Both the position numbers and the translations under genes were made by a program. A DNA stretch of 64,000 bases from Carpediemonas membranifera BICM (taxonomy: Eukaryota > Protista > Fornicata). Under the pieces are notes generated by a model. The model was not told the DNA's origin. It saw only the letters and a list, made by a program, of their open reading frames with translations, and did no database searches. The DNA is taken from contig JAHDYR010000005.1 in assembly GCA_019828565.1 (NCBI GenBank), positions 397,200 through 461,199 of the forward strand, read 5' to 3'. Below are positions 53,092 to 63,800 of the stretch, piece after piece (position 1 is the first letter of the stretch; each line of letters starts with the position of its first letter).

Positions 53092-55427
53092 GCTAGCTAT
53101 CCTAGCCTCATGACATTCTTTTCATTAACCAACGGGGATATCCCGCCGGCAACGTGCTAACAATGGTTGGCCCACAGGCACGCAAGTGGGCCCCCCGACC
53201 AACCCCTCGTGGGTTCGCGTCCAAGAATGTCGGTACCGTGCTAATCGTCACTGCCCCACGACTCCCGTCGTGATTTAGAGTGGTGGTTGTAGTAGAATTG
53301 AGGCCAGGTGACCCTGGACCCCTGGATGGGTGCGTACCCCGTTACCCATGTACCTCAGCATGCTCTTCGTAGATGACCACGTGCCCATTGAAAGGAGGAC
53401 CTCCGTGTTTGTGTTGGCCACTGCCAGCTCAGTAGCTGCCCCCTTGCGGAAGGAGTGCCATGAAACGCTCGGGCCGAAGGCGCTGTGGATCCATGTGCGG
53501 AGGGTGGACGCTGCAAGTGGACACGTGAGTGATATACCTCCCGATGGACCGATCATGCGCCAGATCGAGTCGGAATTGTGTCGCGTCGCAGTTGGGACCC
53601 AGGCCTTGAGGGCTCTTGCCGGGTTGAAGCGGTCCCATGACCTGTTAGGAATAAGCTTATGGATGCCCGTGGCCGTCTTGGTGCGGGGGAACCAGAGCAT
53701 AGCGTTGCCCTGTTCATCGAAAGAGATGTCGCCTCTCGTCAGGCCGAAGATCTCGCCTCCCCGGCTGACTGAGATGAATGTAAGTGCAGCGAACAGCGCT
53801 ACCTGGAACGCTTTCGGTGAGGAGCGTCGCCTGTCGACGACCTTGCGGACCTGGGCTCTGGTCACCGGTAGTGCGCCTCCTGTTAGGCCGTCGAGAGATG
53901 CTACGTTCTCCGCACTCTTGATGATCTGCCTGGCTTCTGGCGGAGGTCGCCAGTTGGAGACGAGTGGAGCCGCTTGACAGATCCAGTAGCCCTTTCTGTG
54001 GATACTCTGCGGGCCAGTGGTCTCGCCCTCAGCGAGGAGGAATGCTCTGAGTTGTTCGGCGTCGGAGAGGGCTGCCTGTCGCGATAGGACGAACTTAGAG
54101 ACCCAGCCAGCCGCTGAGCGGCGCGATGACTCGTTTCGGAAGTGAGATAGCCTGTCGTGGCGGAGGAGTTCGTCGAACGGGTCTTGACGATCATCGCAAT
54201 CATTCTGATCTTTCCTTGCCTCTCGGTCCAGGATAGCTCCGTGTTGAGCATGTGCGAGGAGTGGACTCTGAGATACATCTTGTGTTGGGACAGCCGTTTC
54301 AGCGCTCTGACTTCGGGTGAGTTGAGATCGGGGAAGAGGAGTATTGCCGCTGACCTCCACGTCCGAGGGGACGTAGTCGGGGTCTGAGGCGTCCGAATCT
54401 TCTCCAGACGACGATGTGCCGCTCCCAAAAGCGCTGTCGGCGGAGCCAGATAGATCCTGGCGCCGGTCCAGGAGCGCTGGAAGCCGTGATCGTCGAGGGA
54501 CCAAGCTTTCCTGACGAATCCTGGCAGTGCGAGCTTCTTGTCCGGAGATGCAGTGACGTCTATCTCCGCCGGACCCCACTTGGCCATTATCGTCTCGAGT
54601 ACCTCGCGGGGTGAGTGCCAATCGAGCTTTGCGAATCTCGACAGCCGGTCCGCCTGGACATTGAGGTGCCCTGCGATATGGAAGCAGTGAATATCGACAT
54701 TCTTCGTGTTCGCCGTGGTGAAGATATCCTGCAGGAGTCGAATGGCCGTGTCGGCGAGACATGGGGAGCCCTGGCGGTTGACCCATGCGATGGCCGCGGT
54801 GTTGTCCGAAAAGATAGCTAGTTGGGTCCTGGTGCGCTGGGTTGGGGTGAGCTTGATAGCCTGGCCAATCGCATAGAGCTCCTTGACTCCGATATGAGAG
54901 TCTCGGAACTCGGGAGGAAAGCGGCCTTGAGCCGAGCGGCCCTGGTCGCCGTTGAATAGGCAGGCGCCCCACGCGAAGGAGGACGCGTCGGATGCGACCG
55001 AGAGCTGGAGTTCGTCCTTGATCTCCCAGTCTGCCCTGGCCTGAGCGAAGGGTCTGGATGGACGATCTCTGAGCAGCGCTAGCCAGCTGTTGAGCTGGCG
55101 ACGCATCTGCTGCGAGATGTGAAGCGTCGAGGCGGGATGTAGGGCCTGGAGTGATCTGAGCTGGAGCCTGGCGAACTGTGTCGTACTTGCGAAGAACGAG
55201 AGGCGGCCTAGTAGGCGTTGCCACTCGGTTGCATCGATCCTGCCGGCCCTGAGGGCCTGCTCGATTGATGTTGCATAGCGATCGGCTCTGTCCCTGGAAA
55301 TCTGCAGTGTCTCGGCAGCTGTGTTGATGGTGACTCCTAGGTACTCCAGGCGTTGTGTGGGAGTTAGGATGCACTTGTTGAGCCCTGGGATAGCTCCCAG
55401 CGACCTCATGAGCGCGACTATTTGGGG
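53092..55427 (-). mobile_element. 5'-truncated YR retrotransposon family G
   Basis: RNaseH-MT 53901-55409 and YR ending 53275; near-identical reverse complement of about 62148-64000. Confidence 0.92.
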
Positions 55428-55744
55428 TAGACGGTATCCCCGTAGCTTATGAGGTCCAAGACCTCACTGAGGGCAAGAGGGGCAAGACAATCAAGGTCGA
55501 CGCAGCCAGAGTACGCAAGTTCAACCCAGGCACGCTATCAGAGTCGCAGATCAGGCAGATCGCCGCCACGGCGTTGGACGAGTACGAGATCGATCGCATA
55601 TCGGACGATAGGGGCGCAGGGCCGGTCACGAAACGAGAGTACCTCGTGCACTGGCTCGGGTTTGAAGACGACGAAGCGACATGGGAGCCGTACGCTAACG
55701 TCAAGAAGACCGAGGCCCTTGAATTGTTCCTGAAGAAGAGCTAA
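55427..55744 (+). pseudogene. Integrase C-terminal fragment with chromodomain (absent from the ORF track because it has no start codon)
   Basis: AYEVQDL...VDAARVRKF, then EYEIDRISDDRG...REYLVHWLGFEDDEATWEPYANV...LFLKKS*; aromatic cage residues present. Confidence 0.85.
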
Positions 55745-55796
55745 GACATTTACAAGTGCCTGGTGACCGGGGTAAAGGGCACACACACAAGATCGT

Positions 55797-56908
55797 TTAC
55801 TTGAACCAAGACGAGGGGCAGTGCTTAGCCAGCTTGTGAGCCCGGAGGAACTCGCGAGTGATGTCCAGTCGAGCCAACTCTCGGTCGACCGCGACGATGG
55901 AAAGCCCCGGGAAGCCAATGTAGGCGATGAACAACAGAAGGACGCCTTCGCGATTGAAGTCGTGGCCGACGATGGCCTCGAGCTCATACTCGCGCTCAGG
56001 ATCGGACGCCTGCAGACTGAGGCCGACCAGACGGGGAGGCAGAGCAGGCAGACCATGGGCGAGGTTACGGACGAGATAACCCCAGATCGCCGACACGTCG
56101 GCACCGCGAGAGGACGCGACATAGACGAGGCGGTAGTAGGCAGGGGCGAAGGTCATAATGGTCAGACGGTGGAGAGACAAGCGAAGCTCAGTCTCGGAGA
56201 CGCCAATCCGTCCGCCCATGAGGTACTTAATCAGTGCGGGGCTGACCAAACGATGGGAGGCTCCAGTACCGGTGATGCTCATGTCGCCATCATAGGCGCG
56301 GGACATGATGTCACGATCAGAAGCCGGACCCAACTTGTAATAGAGCGCGATCGACTTCAAGACTGAGTGGTCAATGCGCAGGTCGCGCACCTGTCGAGCC
56401 AGCGTTTTCAGAGGACCGACGTCAAACTGGGCGAACCCCCCAGTCTCAATGGCGTCAAACACCGACTGAAACGGGAAGTCCACCCAGTTGACGTAGTTGT
56501 TGACGTGCTCAGTGACGAACGGCGTGAGCACACCGTCGAACTCGGTGAACGGCGGTAACTCAAAACCCTCAAGGGGGACAGAAGACAACAGCTTCTCGCG
56601 CACGGCAGTCGTGATTGTGGCGCTATATCAGCGTTAGGTTGATGTTGTTACTTACTTTTGGCCGTTTTGCGGCTAGCGCGCTTACGGATCGCGCCAGAAG
56701 GAGCGGCAGCGGCAGAAGAAGCGGAAGGCAGCGTGGCCAGAAGATCCTGAAGCTCAGCGGGAGCAAGCTCCATGAGCTGCGAACGGATATCGGCAATAGA
56801 TGACGCAGAAACCGTTTCCCCGCTTTTGGCATGCGAAAAGCGAAATGCCAAATCTGACAATTTAGTTCCGCGTCGAAACTCCCCCAAAATGCTGCCAAAC
56901 AACGTCAT
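55797..56908 (-). CDS. Antisense accessory ORF with C-terminal chromo-like domain; putative 29-nt intron 56623-56651; start uncertain
   Basis: EREYELEAIVGH...LLFIAYIGF is chromo-like. An intron GTAACA...CTAAC...ATAG joins ORF 56648-57097 in frame to ORF 55797-56603. Confidence 0.55.
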
Positions 56909-57470
56909 ATAACCTCCATTTATCCCCTTATTACCTATTTTGATGTTGTTATTGTTATTGGTGCAGGCACCAGATGACGGCAATGGCTGTGAAGAAAAAA
57001 GCACCAGAACTCGACAACGAAGCCTCGTTGAGGCCTCTAATGGCCATATTTCGACAGTACTATGTAATGAACGCGAAGAAGTCCCCATGTTGGGCAAAAT
57101 ACGAAACCGAAGGTCGTTTGACCCAAAGGTGCACCGTTTGATTGTTTCAAACTGGTTTGTTTCATTTGACGGCCTATACTGGCCGTGGAGGGCAGTGTCC
57201 CCGGTAAGGATCCATTTTACATCAGCGCGCTATTTATCCAGTGGTACCACACAAAATATTTGAATCTCAGGAAAAGATTTGAGACATTGTCAGTGCGCGT
57301 AGCGACACCGACTAGAAGGTCAGACATAGCCCATCTCACTGCCAATGAGATGGACTGCGGCGCGAGCGGCGTGGCAACCGTGAACAAAGCAGTTGACTCT
57401 TCGACAAATCCTCACTAGCCGTACAGTCACACCGCTTGAGGTCGTGCCCATTTGGGCACTGAAGGGGCAG

Positions 57471-57584
57471 TGTAGTGGGTCTTACCCAATACTTACATAG
57501 TTTATGACTTATAGATTACACCATATTTGCAACCATTGGGTTTTCTCTTTATTAAAGTTCTTTCCCTCCTCCAGTAGGAGCACA
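57471..57584 (+). repeat. Putative 114-bp 3' LTR
   Basis: TGTAG...GCACA ends, AT-rich, contains ATTAAA, preceded by a polypurine tract. No second copy in the window. Confidence 0.6.
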
Positions 57585-60500
57585 AAGTCTGAGATGGAGA
57601 TCGAGACGATCCTCGCTAAGGCCAAGACTAAGGGCAAGCGTAAGCGTCGGAATTTTCAGGAGCAGGGCTCCAGCAGCGTCGGCCGCCGGGCCCGCTCCTA
57701 ATATTCCCATCAACCCGTTCGCGATGGCGGGTGTGGGAACAATTCAGGGTAGCTCCAGCAGTAGTAGCGCGGGTACGAGACGGAATCCCCGTCGAGATCA
57801 CAGCGCCTCCACCACCGGCAGCCCCACAGAGGACCATCGACCCGAGGATACTTCCGAAGCTCGAATCAATGACACAACAAGGAATCATCGAGCCGACGCC
57901 CCTCAGTCAGCTCAAGCACAGCGCCCCGCTGTTTGCTGTCCCCAAGGGGGAAGACATAAGAGTGATCCACGACCTGAGGCGGCTGAACACGGTCACACGC
58001 GAACGCCGCTCCTTCCGTCTGTTCGGCATACGTCGTGCCATCAACACACTCTCCAGCCAGGCCTGGATGGCCAAGATAGACCTAAGATCCGGCTACTCAC
58101 AGCTGGCCATCAGAGACTCGGACAAACCGCTCCTGGGCATCGCTCTGCCCGACGGTCGGGCGTTCCAATACCGCACGCTAGGCTTCGGTTGGACCGCCGC
58201 GCCTTATTTCTTCCAGTCCGCTATGGTCCAGGTAGCAAAGGTCATCGCCCTCCGCCACAAGGTAATCGTCAATCTACCTCGACGACTTCTTACTGTCAGC
58301 CGACAGCAGAGACCACCTCAGCAAGGAAATACCCAAGATCATCAAGACGATGGAGGCACTGGGCCTCATCCCGTCGCTGGAGAAGTGCATCTTAACACCG
58401 TGCCAGTGCATAGAATTCCTTGGCCTGCTCCTGAACACCACGTCCAACACCATCCGTCTCCCCGCCGACAAGGCCAAGAGGTACGCAGAGGCCCTATCAG
58501 AAGCACTCGTCAAGAAGCGCATCCGCGCGAAAGACTGGGCGAAGATCGTAGGCAAGCTCTCCTTCTTCGCCACCTCTGCAAGACGGGCTACCCTGAAGCT
58601 CCGCACGCTCCCCTCTGCCACGGAGAACTGGGTCGACATCCACCCCTACACAGCAGACCTCAAGGAGTGGCTGCAGCTCCTGGCCGTCCGACCAACCCGC
58701 TCCTTCGCCGAGTTGAAGAACCTATGGTCTCAGGACCAGCAACTAGAGCTGATTATTTCCACAGATGCGTCGGGCACAGGCTGGGGAGCCCAGTGGACCA
58801 ACACGTCCGCGAACTCCCACGGTTCTTTCAAGGGCGCACTGGCGGAACAATCTATCAACGTGAAGGAGCTCGCCGCAGTCCTCTTTGGCTCACGCATCAT
58901 ACCAGCACAGGACTCAGAGCGCAATCTCACGGTCTTCTCAGACAACAGCTCGTGCGTCGCCTGGATCAACAAGGAGGGCAGCTCAAAGGCCCCCCGATGG
59001 CGCTACAGACACTCAGGATACTCTACAAGGAGATGGAACGCAAGAAGCTCCTCATACACGCTCGACACACCCCGAGGCCACCTCAATCTCGCCGCAGACC
59101 GACTGTCACGCGGGTTGTCCACCCCACCCCACGTGCTGGAGACAATTCTCGAGACTTGGGGCCCCGTCGACGTGGACGCTACAGCACACCCAGACCGCAC
59201 TCTACGCCTCCCAGGGTTTACCATCGAACACTGGCCGGACGGCCTGTTCAGGGACTGGCGCGGACACCGCGTTTATGCCGCGCCACACCCGTCCCCGATG
59301 ACCTTGGGACGGACATGGCAGACCCTCCTACCGATCTTAACGACCCCGACTACATCCCCTCCGAACTCGTGGACCTCAGCATGCTTCCTCGTCGTGCCAG
59401 ACATTACGAGCCCCGAACTCCAACAACTCAAGGCGCACGCGACATGCAAGATTCCCTTCTCAGTACCGAAAGACGACTTCGCATCAGAGGACCAACAACT
59501 CCTAGACCGTCTCTCCAGGCCAAACGGGACCATCCGCTTCATAGCTCTCGCCTTCAGGACACGTTCTCCAGAATCCTGCAGCACCCAATACTGTCTCACA
59601 TGCGCCGAGACGAGTCCAAGCGCTCAGTAGCCGGATGGATTACAGCATTCCTTGAGTACCGCGACCCACACGAGGACGACACCGATGAGTACCGAGCCTT
59701 CCTGGAGGACGAGGCCGAGTATAATGCACCAGCCACGGTCGATCGAAAGGGATACTGGATCGAGAAGGCCGCCCCACTCTTTTCCGACTGGACCCCCAGC
59801 ACCTACTGTCCACAAATCAGAAGAGGCATAGCAGACAACGCCAACACCACCGGCATGACAGGCGGGTCAGCCCCAGTCACAAGGGAGGACATGATCAGGG
59901 CCATCAAGTCCAGGAACAGCGACATCGCGACGTACCAAGCGACACTATTCGCCGCGATTGCTTACCTGACCGTGAGCCGCGGAGCTGAAATCTTCAACCT
60001 GACGAGCGCTGACATCGTGTTCAAGGCAAACGGGGACGCCCAGCTGCTCCTTGGTCGCACAAAGACGCTTGCAAAGGTCACTAAGTCACTACCCAACACC
60101 GTACTAGGCCCATTCAACCCAGCGCTGGCCCTGAAGAGATGGGTACGAGGCTTGAACCTTCCACCGGACGCCTGCATCTGGCGCGCGATCACATCCTCAT
60201 CGAAGGTCAGCCGTAAGACCCCGTGCACAATGCGACGTATGCGAGAGGAGCTACGCACAGTCTTCCACGACAACAGGATTGGCCTACACAGCTTCCGCAA
60301 GGGAGCGGCTTCCGAACTGGCACTAGCAGGCACACCGATAGAGACCTTACTCCAACTCGGAACCTGGGCTAACGGCAACTCTCTCCGGCCTTACATCGGG
60401 GAGGCTATCCGCAACCACCCTCGTCAAACCCGACAAACTGCAAACACCCTGTTCCCATTCTAACACCATAAACCATCGCACCGGAGGCCGTCAAGGAGAC

Positions 60501-60818
60501 GCCCGGTCCAGCCGAAAGCAGCAAGGAGCTGCTGGCACTTGAGGCAGGCATGGAGCCGCCATACTCCACTGTAATTACTCTACTTACCTCAGATCTGCGG
60601 ACGGTGTTCCCCTTTGGGAGTATGAGTTAGGTGGCTAGCCTAGTCTAGCGAGTACCACTCGAGCCCATTGGCACCCGGGGTGCTGAGACGCCCGAGAGGG
60701 CGCACGGAAACGTGCAGTTTATGGCATCAGAATTTCGAATGCCCGAAGGCACATCGGGCCTAAAGGAGCCCGAGAAGAATAAATCCTTTACCCCCCCCCC
60801 TTTGGGAGTATGAGTTAG
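57585..60818 (+). mobile_element. YR retrotransposon family F, copy 2 (5' end interrupted; full B1-A2-spacer-B2 terminus)
   Basis: Inverted near-identical copy of 49485-52532. B1 60609-60630 equals B2 60797-60818; A2 60631-60759 matches A1 52949-53082. Confidence 0.93.
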
Positions 60819-63800
60819 TGGCGCAACATCGTCAGTAAGGTTACCTCGGGTAACGGGCCCGGAGCGGAGGGCGATGTGATAGCCTCACTCCGGGCAAAAG
60901 GTGTTTCGCCGGTCAGGCGAGTCACGCAGTTTATGCGGACAGAATGGCGCAAGGTTCGGATCCGCCGGATCCGACGGCAACACGCTTAGATAAGCTAGAA
61001 GCTTCAATCAATTCCATGTCCGAAGCCCTGAACAGGCTTGCTCCTCCGCCTCCGCCAGAGAAAGAACCTGACGACGAAATGCTCGAAAGTTCCACCGTTG
61101 CTAGGTTCAATACCTCCGAATCGTTGGAGGAGGACACGATGGAGGACATAGATGCAACTCTGGCAGAGATGGACACCTTCTCGGAGTTACCAAGCAAGAG
61201 ACCTCTCAAGGCGGAAGCGAAGTGGCTTCAACGCGTTGTCGTGATCACTAGTGCTCTCCCAGATTCCGCGACGAAACAACGTCTTCTTCTCGAACTACAG
61301 GCTCGTAGAATGGTCCTAGACCTCAAAGATGATAACTGGTCCGATGCCACGACCGAGCTGTTTCAGGACCTCTTCAACAGCACAGAAAGCAAGAGCAGCC
61401 GCACCATCGCTTACTGCGCAGCGAAGGCCCGCTCTAAGGGCAGGCGTAAGGACACCAACGGTAACATGGGGGGTTTCACAAGAAGAAGAGAACATAACAA
61501 CCTCTGTTCATCAATTCCCGTCGATGAACGCGAGGTGGTGGTTATGGGAAAGGCTCGGCGCCTCGGACGAGGTGGTCGGCTGGCTCCGTCACGGCGTACC
61601 TATCAAGCTAACAGGCACTCCCCCGCCACCCACGCCACAACGGCGCCTGGACCCACGGCTCACCCCAAAGCTCGACGAGATGGTCCGACTTGGCGTGATC
61701 TCACCCTGTACCAGCGGGCAACTCCGGCACAGTGCCCCGCTCTTCGCGGTTGCAAAGGGCGAGCACGATGTCCGCCCGGTACACGACCTACGCGACCTCA
61801 ACGCAATCACTGCGGAGACGCGGGTCTTCCGGCTCTTCGGCCTAAAACGAGCAGTGCGCAACCTCAAGCGCAACGACTTCATGCTCAAGATCGACTTAGC
61901 CTCCGGCTACCACCAGATGGGTGTGGCTCCGACCGACTCCACGCTACTGGGGATCGTCCTCCCGAACGGGCAGGCGTACAGATACAACACACTAGGGTTC
62001 GGCTGGACCGCTGCCCCGTTCGTGTTCCAGTCTACGTCCATCCAGCTAGCAAAGATACTCGCGAACCGCTTCAACGTGACAATAGCGGTGTACCTCGACG
62101 ACTTTCTCATCTCACATCGGTCACGTCGCCACCTAGCAGACGCCGCTCCCCAAATAGTCGCGCTCATGAGGTCGCTGGGAGCTATCCCAGGGCTCAACAA
62201 GTGCATCCTAACTCCCACACAACGCCTGGAGTACCTAGGAGTCACCATCAACACAGCCGCCGAGACACTGCAGATTTCCAAGGACAGAGCCGATCGCTAT
62301 GCAACATCAATCGAGCAGGCCCTCAGGGCCGGCAGGGTCGATGCAACCGAGTGGCAACGCTTACTAGGCCGCCTCTCGTTCTTCGCAAGTACGACACAGT
62401 TCGCCAGGCTCCAGCTCAGATCACTCCAGGCCCTACATCCCGCCTCGACGCTTCACATCTCGCAGCAGATGCGTCGCCAGCTCAACAGCTGGCTAGCGCT
62501 GCTCAGAGATCGTCCATCCAGACCCTTCGCTCAGGCCAGGGCAGACTGGGAGATCAAGGACGAACTCCAGCTCTCGGTCGCATCCGACGCGTCCTCCTTC
62601 GCGTGGGGCGCCTGCCTATTCAACGGCGACCAGGGCCGCTCGGCTCAAGGCCGCTTTCCTCCCGAGTTCCGAGACTCTCATATCGGAGTCAAGGAGCTCT
62701 ACGCGATTGGCCAGGCTATCAAGCTCACCCCAACCCAGCGCACCAGGACCCAACTAGCTATCTTTTCGGACAACACCGCGGCCATCGCATGGGTCAACCG
62801 CCAGGGCTCCCCATGTCTCGCCGACACGGCCATTCGACTCCTGCAGGATATCTTCACCACGGCGAACACGAAGAATGTCGATATTCACTGCTTCCATATC
62901 GCAGGGCACCTCAATGTCCAGGCGGACCGGCTGTCGAGATTCGCAAAGCTCGATTGGCACTCACCCCGCGAGGTACTCGAGACGATAATGGCCAAGTGGG
63001 GTCCGGCGGAGATAGACGTCACTGCATCTCCGGACAAGAAGCTCGCACTGCCAGGATTCGTCAGGAAAGCTTGGTCCCTCGACGATCACGGCTTCCAGCG
63101 CTCCTGGACCGGCGCCAGGATCTATCTGGCTCCGCCGACAGCGCTTTTGGGAGCGGCACATCGTCGTCTGGAGAAGATTCGGACGCCTCAGACCCCGACT
63201 ACGTCCCCTCGGACGTGGAGGTCAGCGGCAATACTCCTCTTCCCCGATCTCAACTCACCCGAAGTCAGAGCGCTGAAACGGCTGTCCCAACACAAGATGT
63301 ATCTCAGAGTCCACTCCTCGCACATGCTCAACACGGAGCTATCCTGGACCGAGAGGCAAGGAAAGATCAGAATGATTGCGATGATCGTCAAGACCCGTTC
63401 GACGAACTCCTCCGCCACGACAGGCTATCTCACTTCCGAAACGAGTCATCGCGCCGCTCAGCGGCTGGCTGGGTCTCTAAGTTCGTCCTATCGCGACAGG
63501 CAGCCCTCTCCGACGCCGAACAACTCAGAGCATTCCTCCTCGCTGAGGGCGAGACCACTGGCCCGCAGAGTATCCACAGAAAGGGCTACTGGATCTGTCA
63601 AGCGGCTCCACTCGTCTCCAACTGGCGACCTCCGCCAGAAGCCAGGCAGATCATCAAGAGTGCGGAGAACGTAGCATCTCTCGACGGCCTAACAGGAGGC
63701 GCACTACCGGTGACCAGAGCCCAGGTCCGCAAGGTCGTCGACAGGCGACGCTCCTCACCGAAAGCGTTCCAGGTAGCGCTGTTCGCTGCACTTACATTCA

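Larger units (their letters stand above)
55427..57584 (+). mobile_element. 3' portion of a Ty3/Gypsy chromovirus-like LTR retrotransposon
   Basis: Integrase C-terminus plus chromodomain, an antisense ORF, purine tract GAAGGGGCAG (57461-57470), then a TGT...ACA LTR ending exactly where family F sequence resumes. Confidence 0.75.

Noticed and set aside
33772-55374. Prophage integrases, retrons or a bacterial contig
   Set aside because: YRs are coupled to DIRS-type RT-RNaseH in overlapping frames, and the flanking genes are eukaryotic with spliceosomal introns.
57731-60463. 910-aa RT-YR fusion protein
   Set aside because: It is produced by frameshifts switching between overlapping pol and YR frames; it lacks YLDD in frame and differs from F copy 1.
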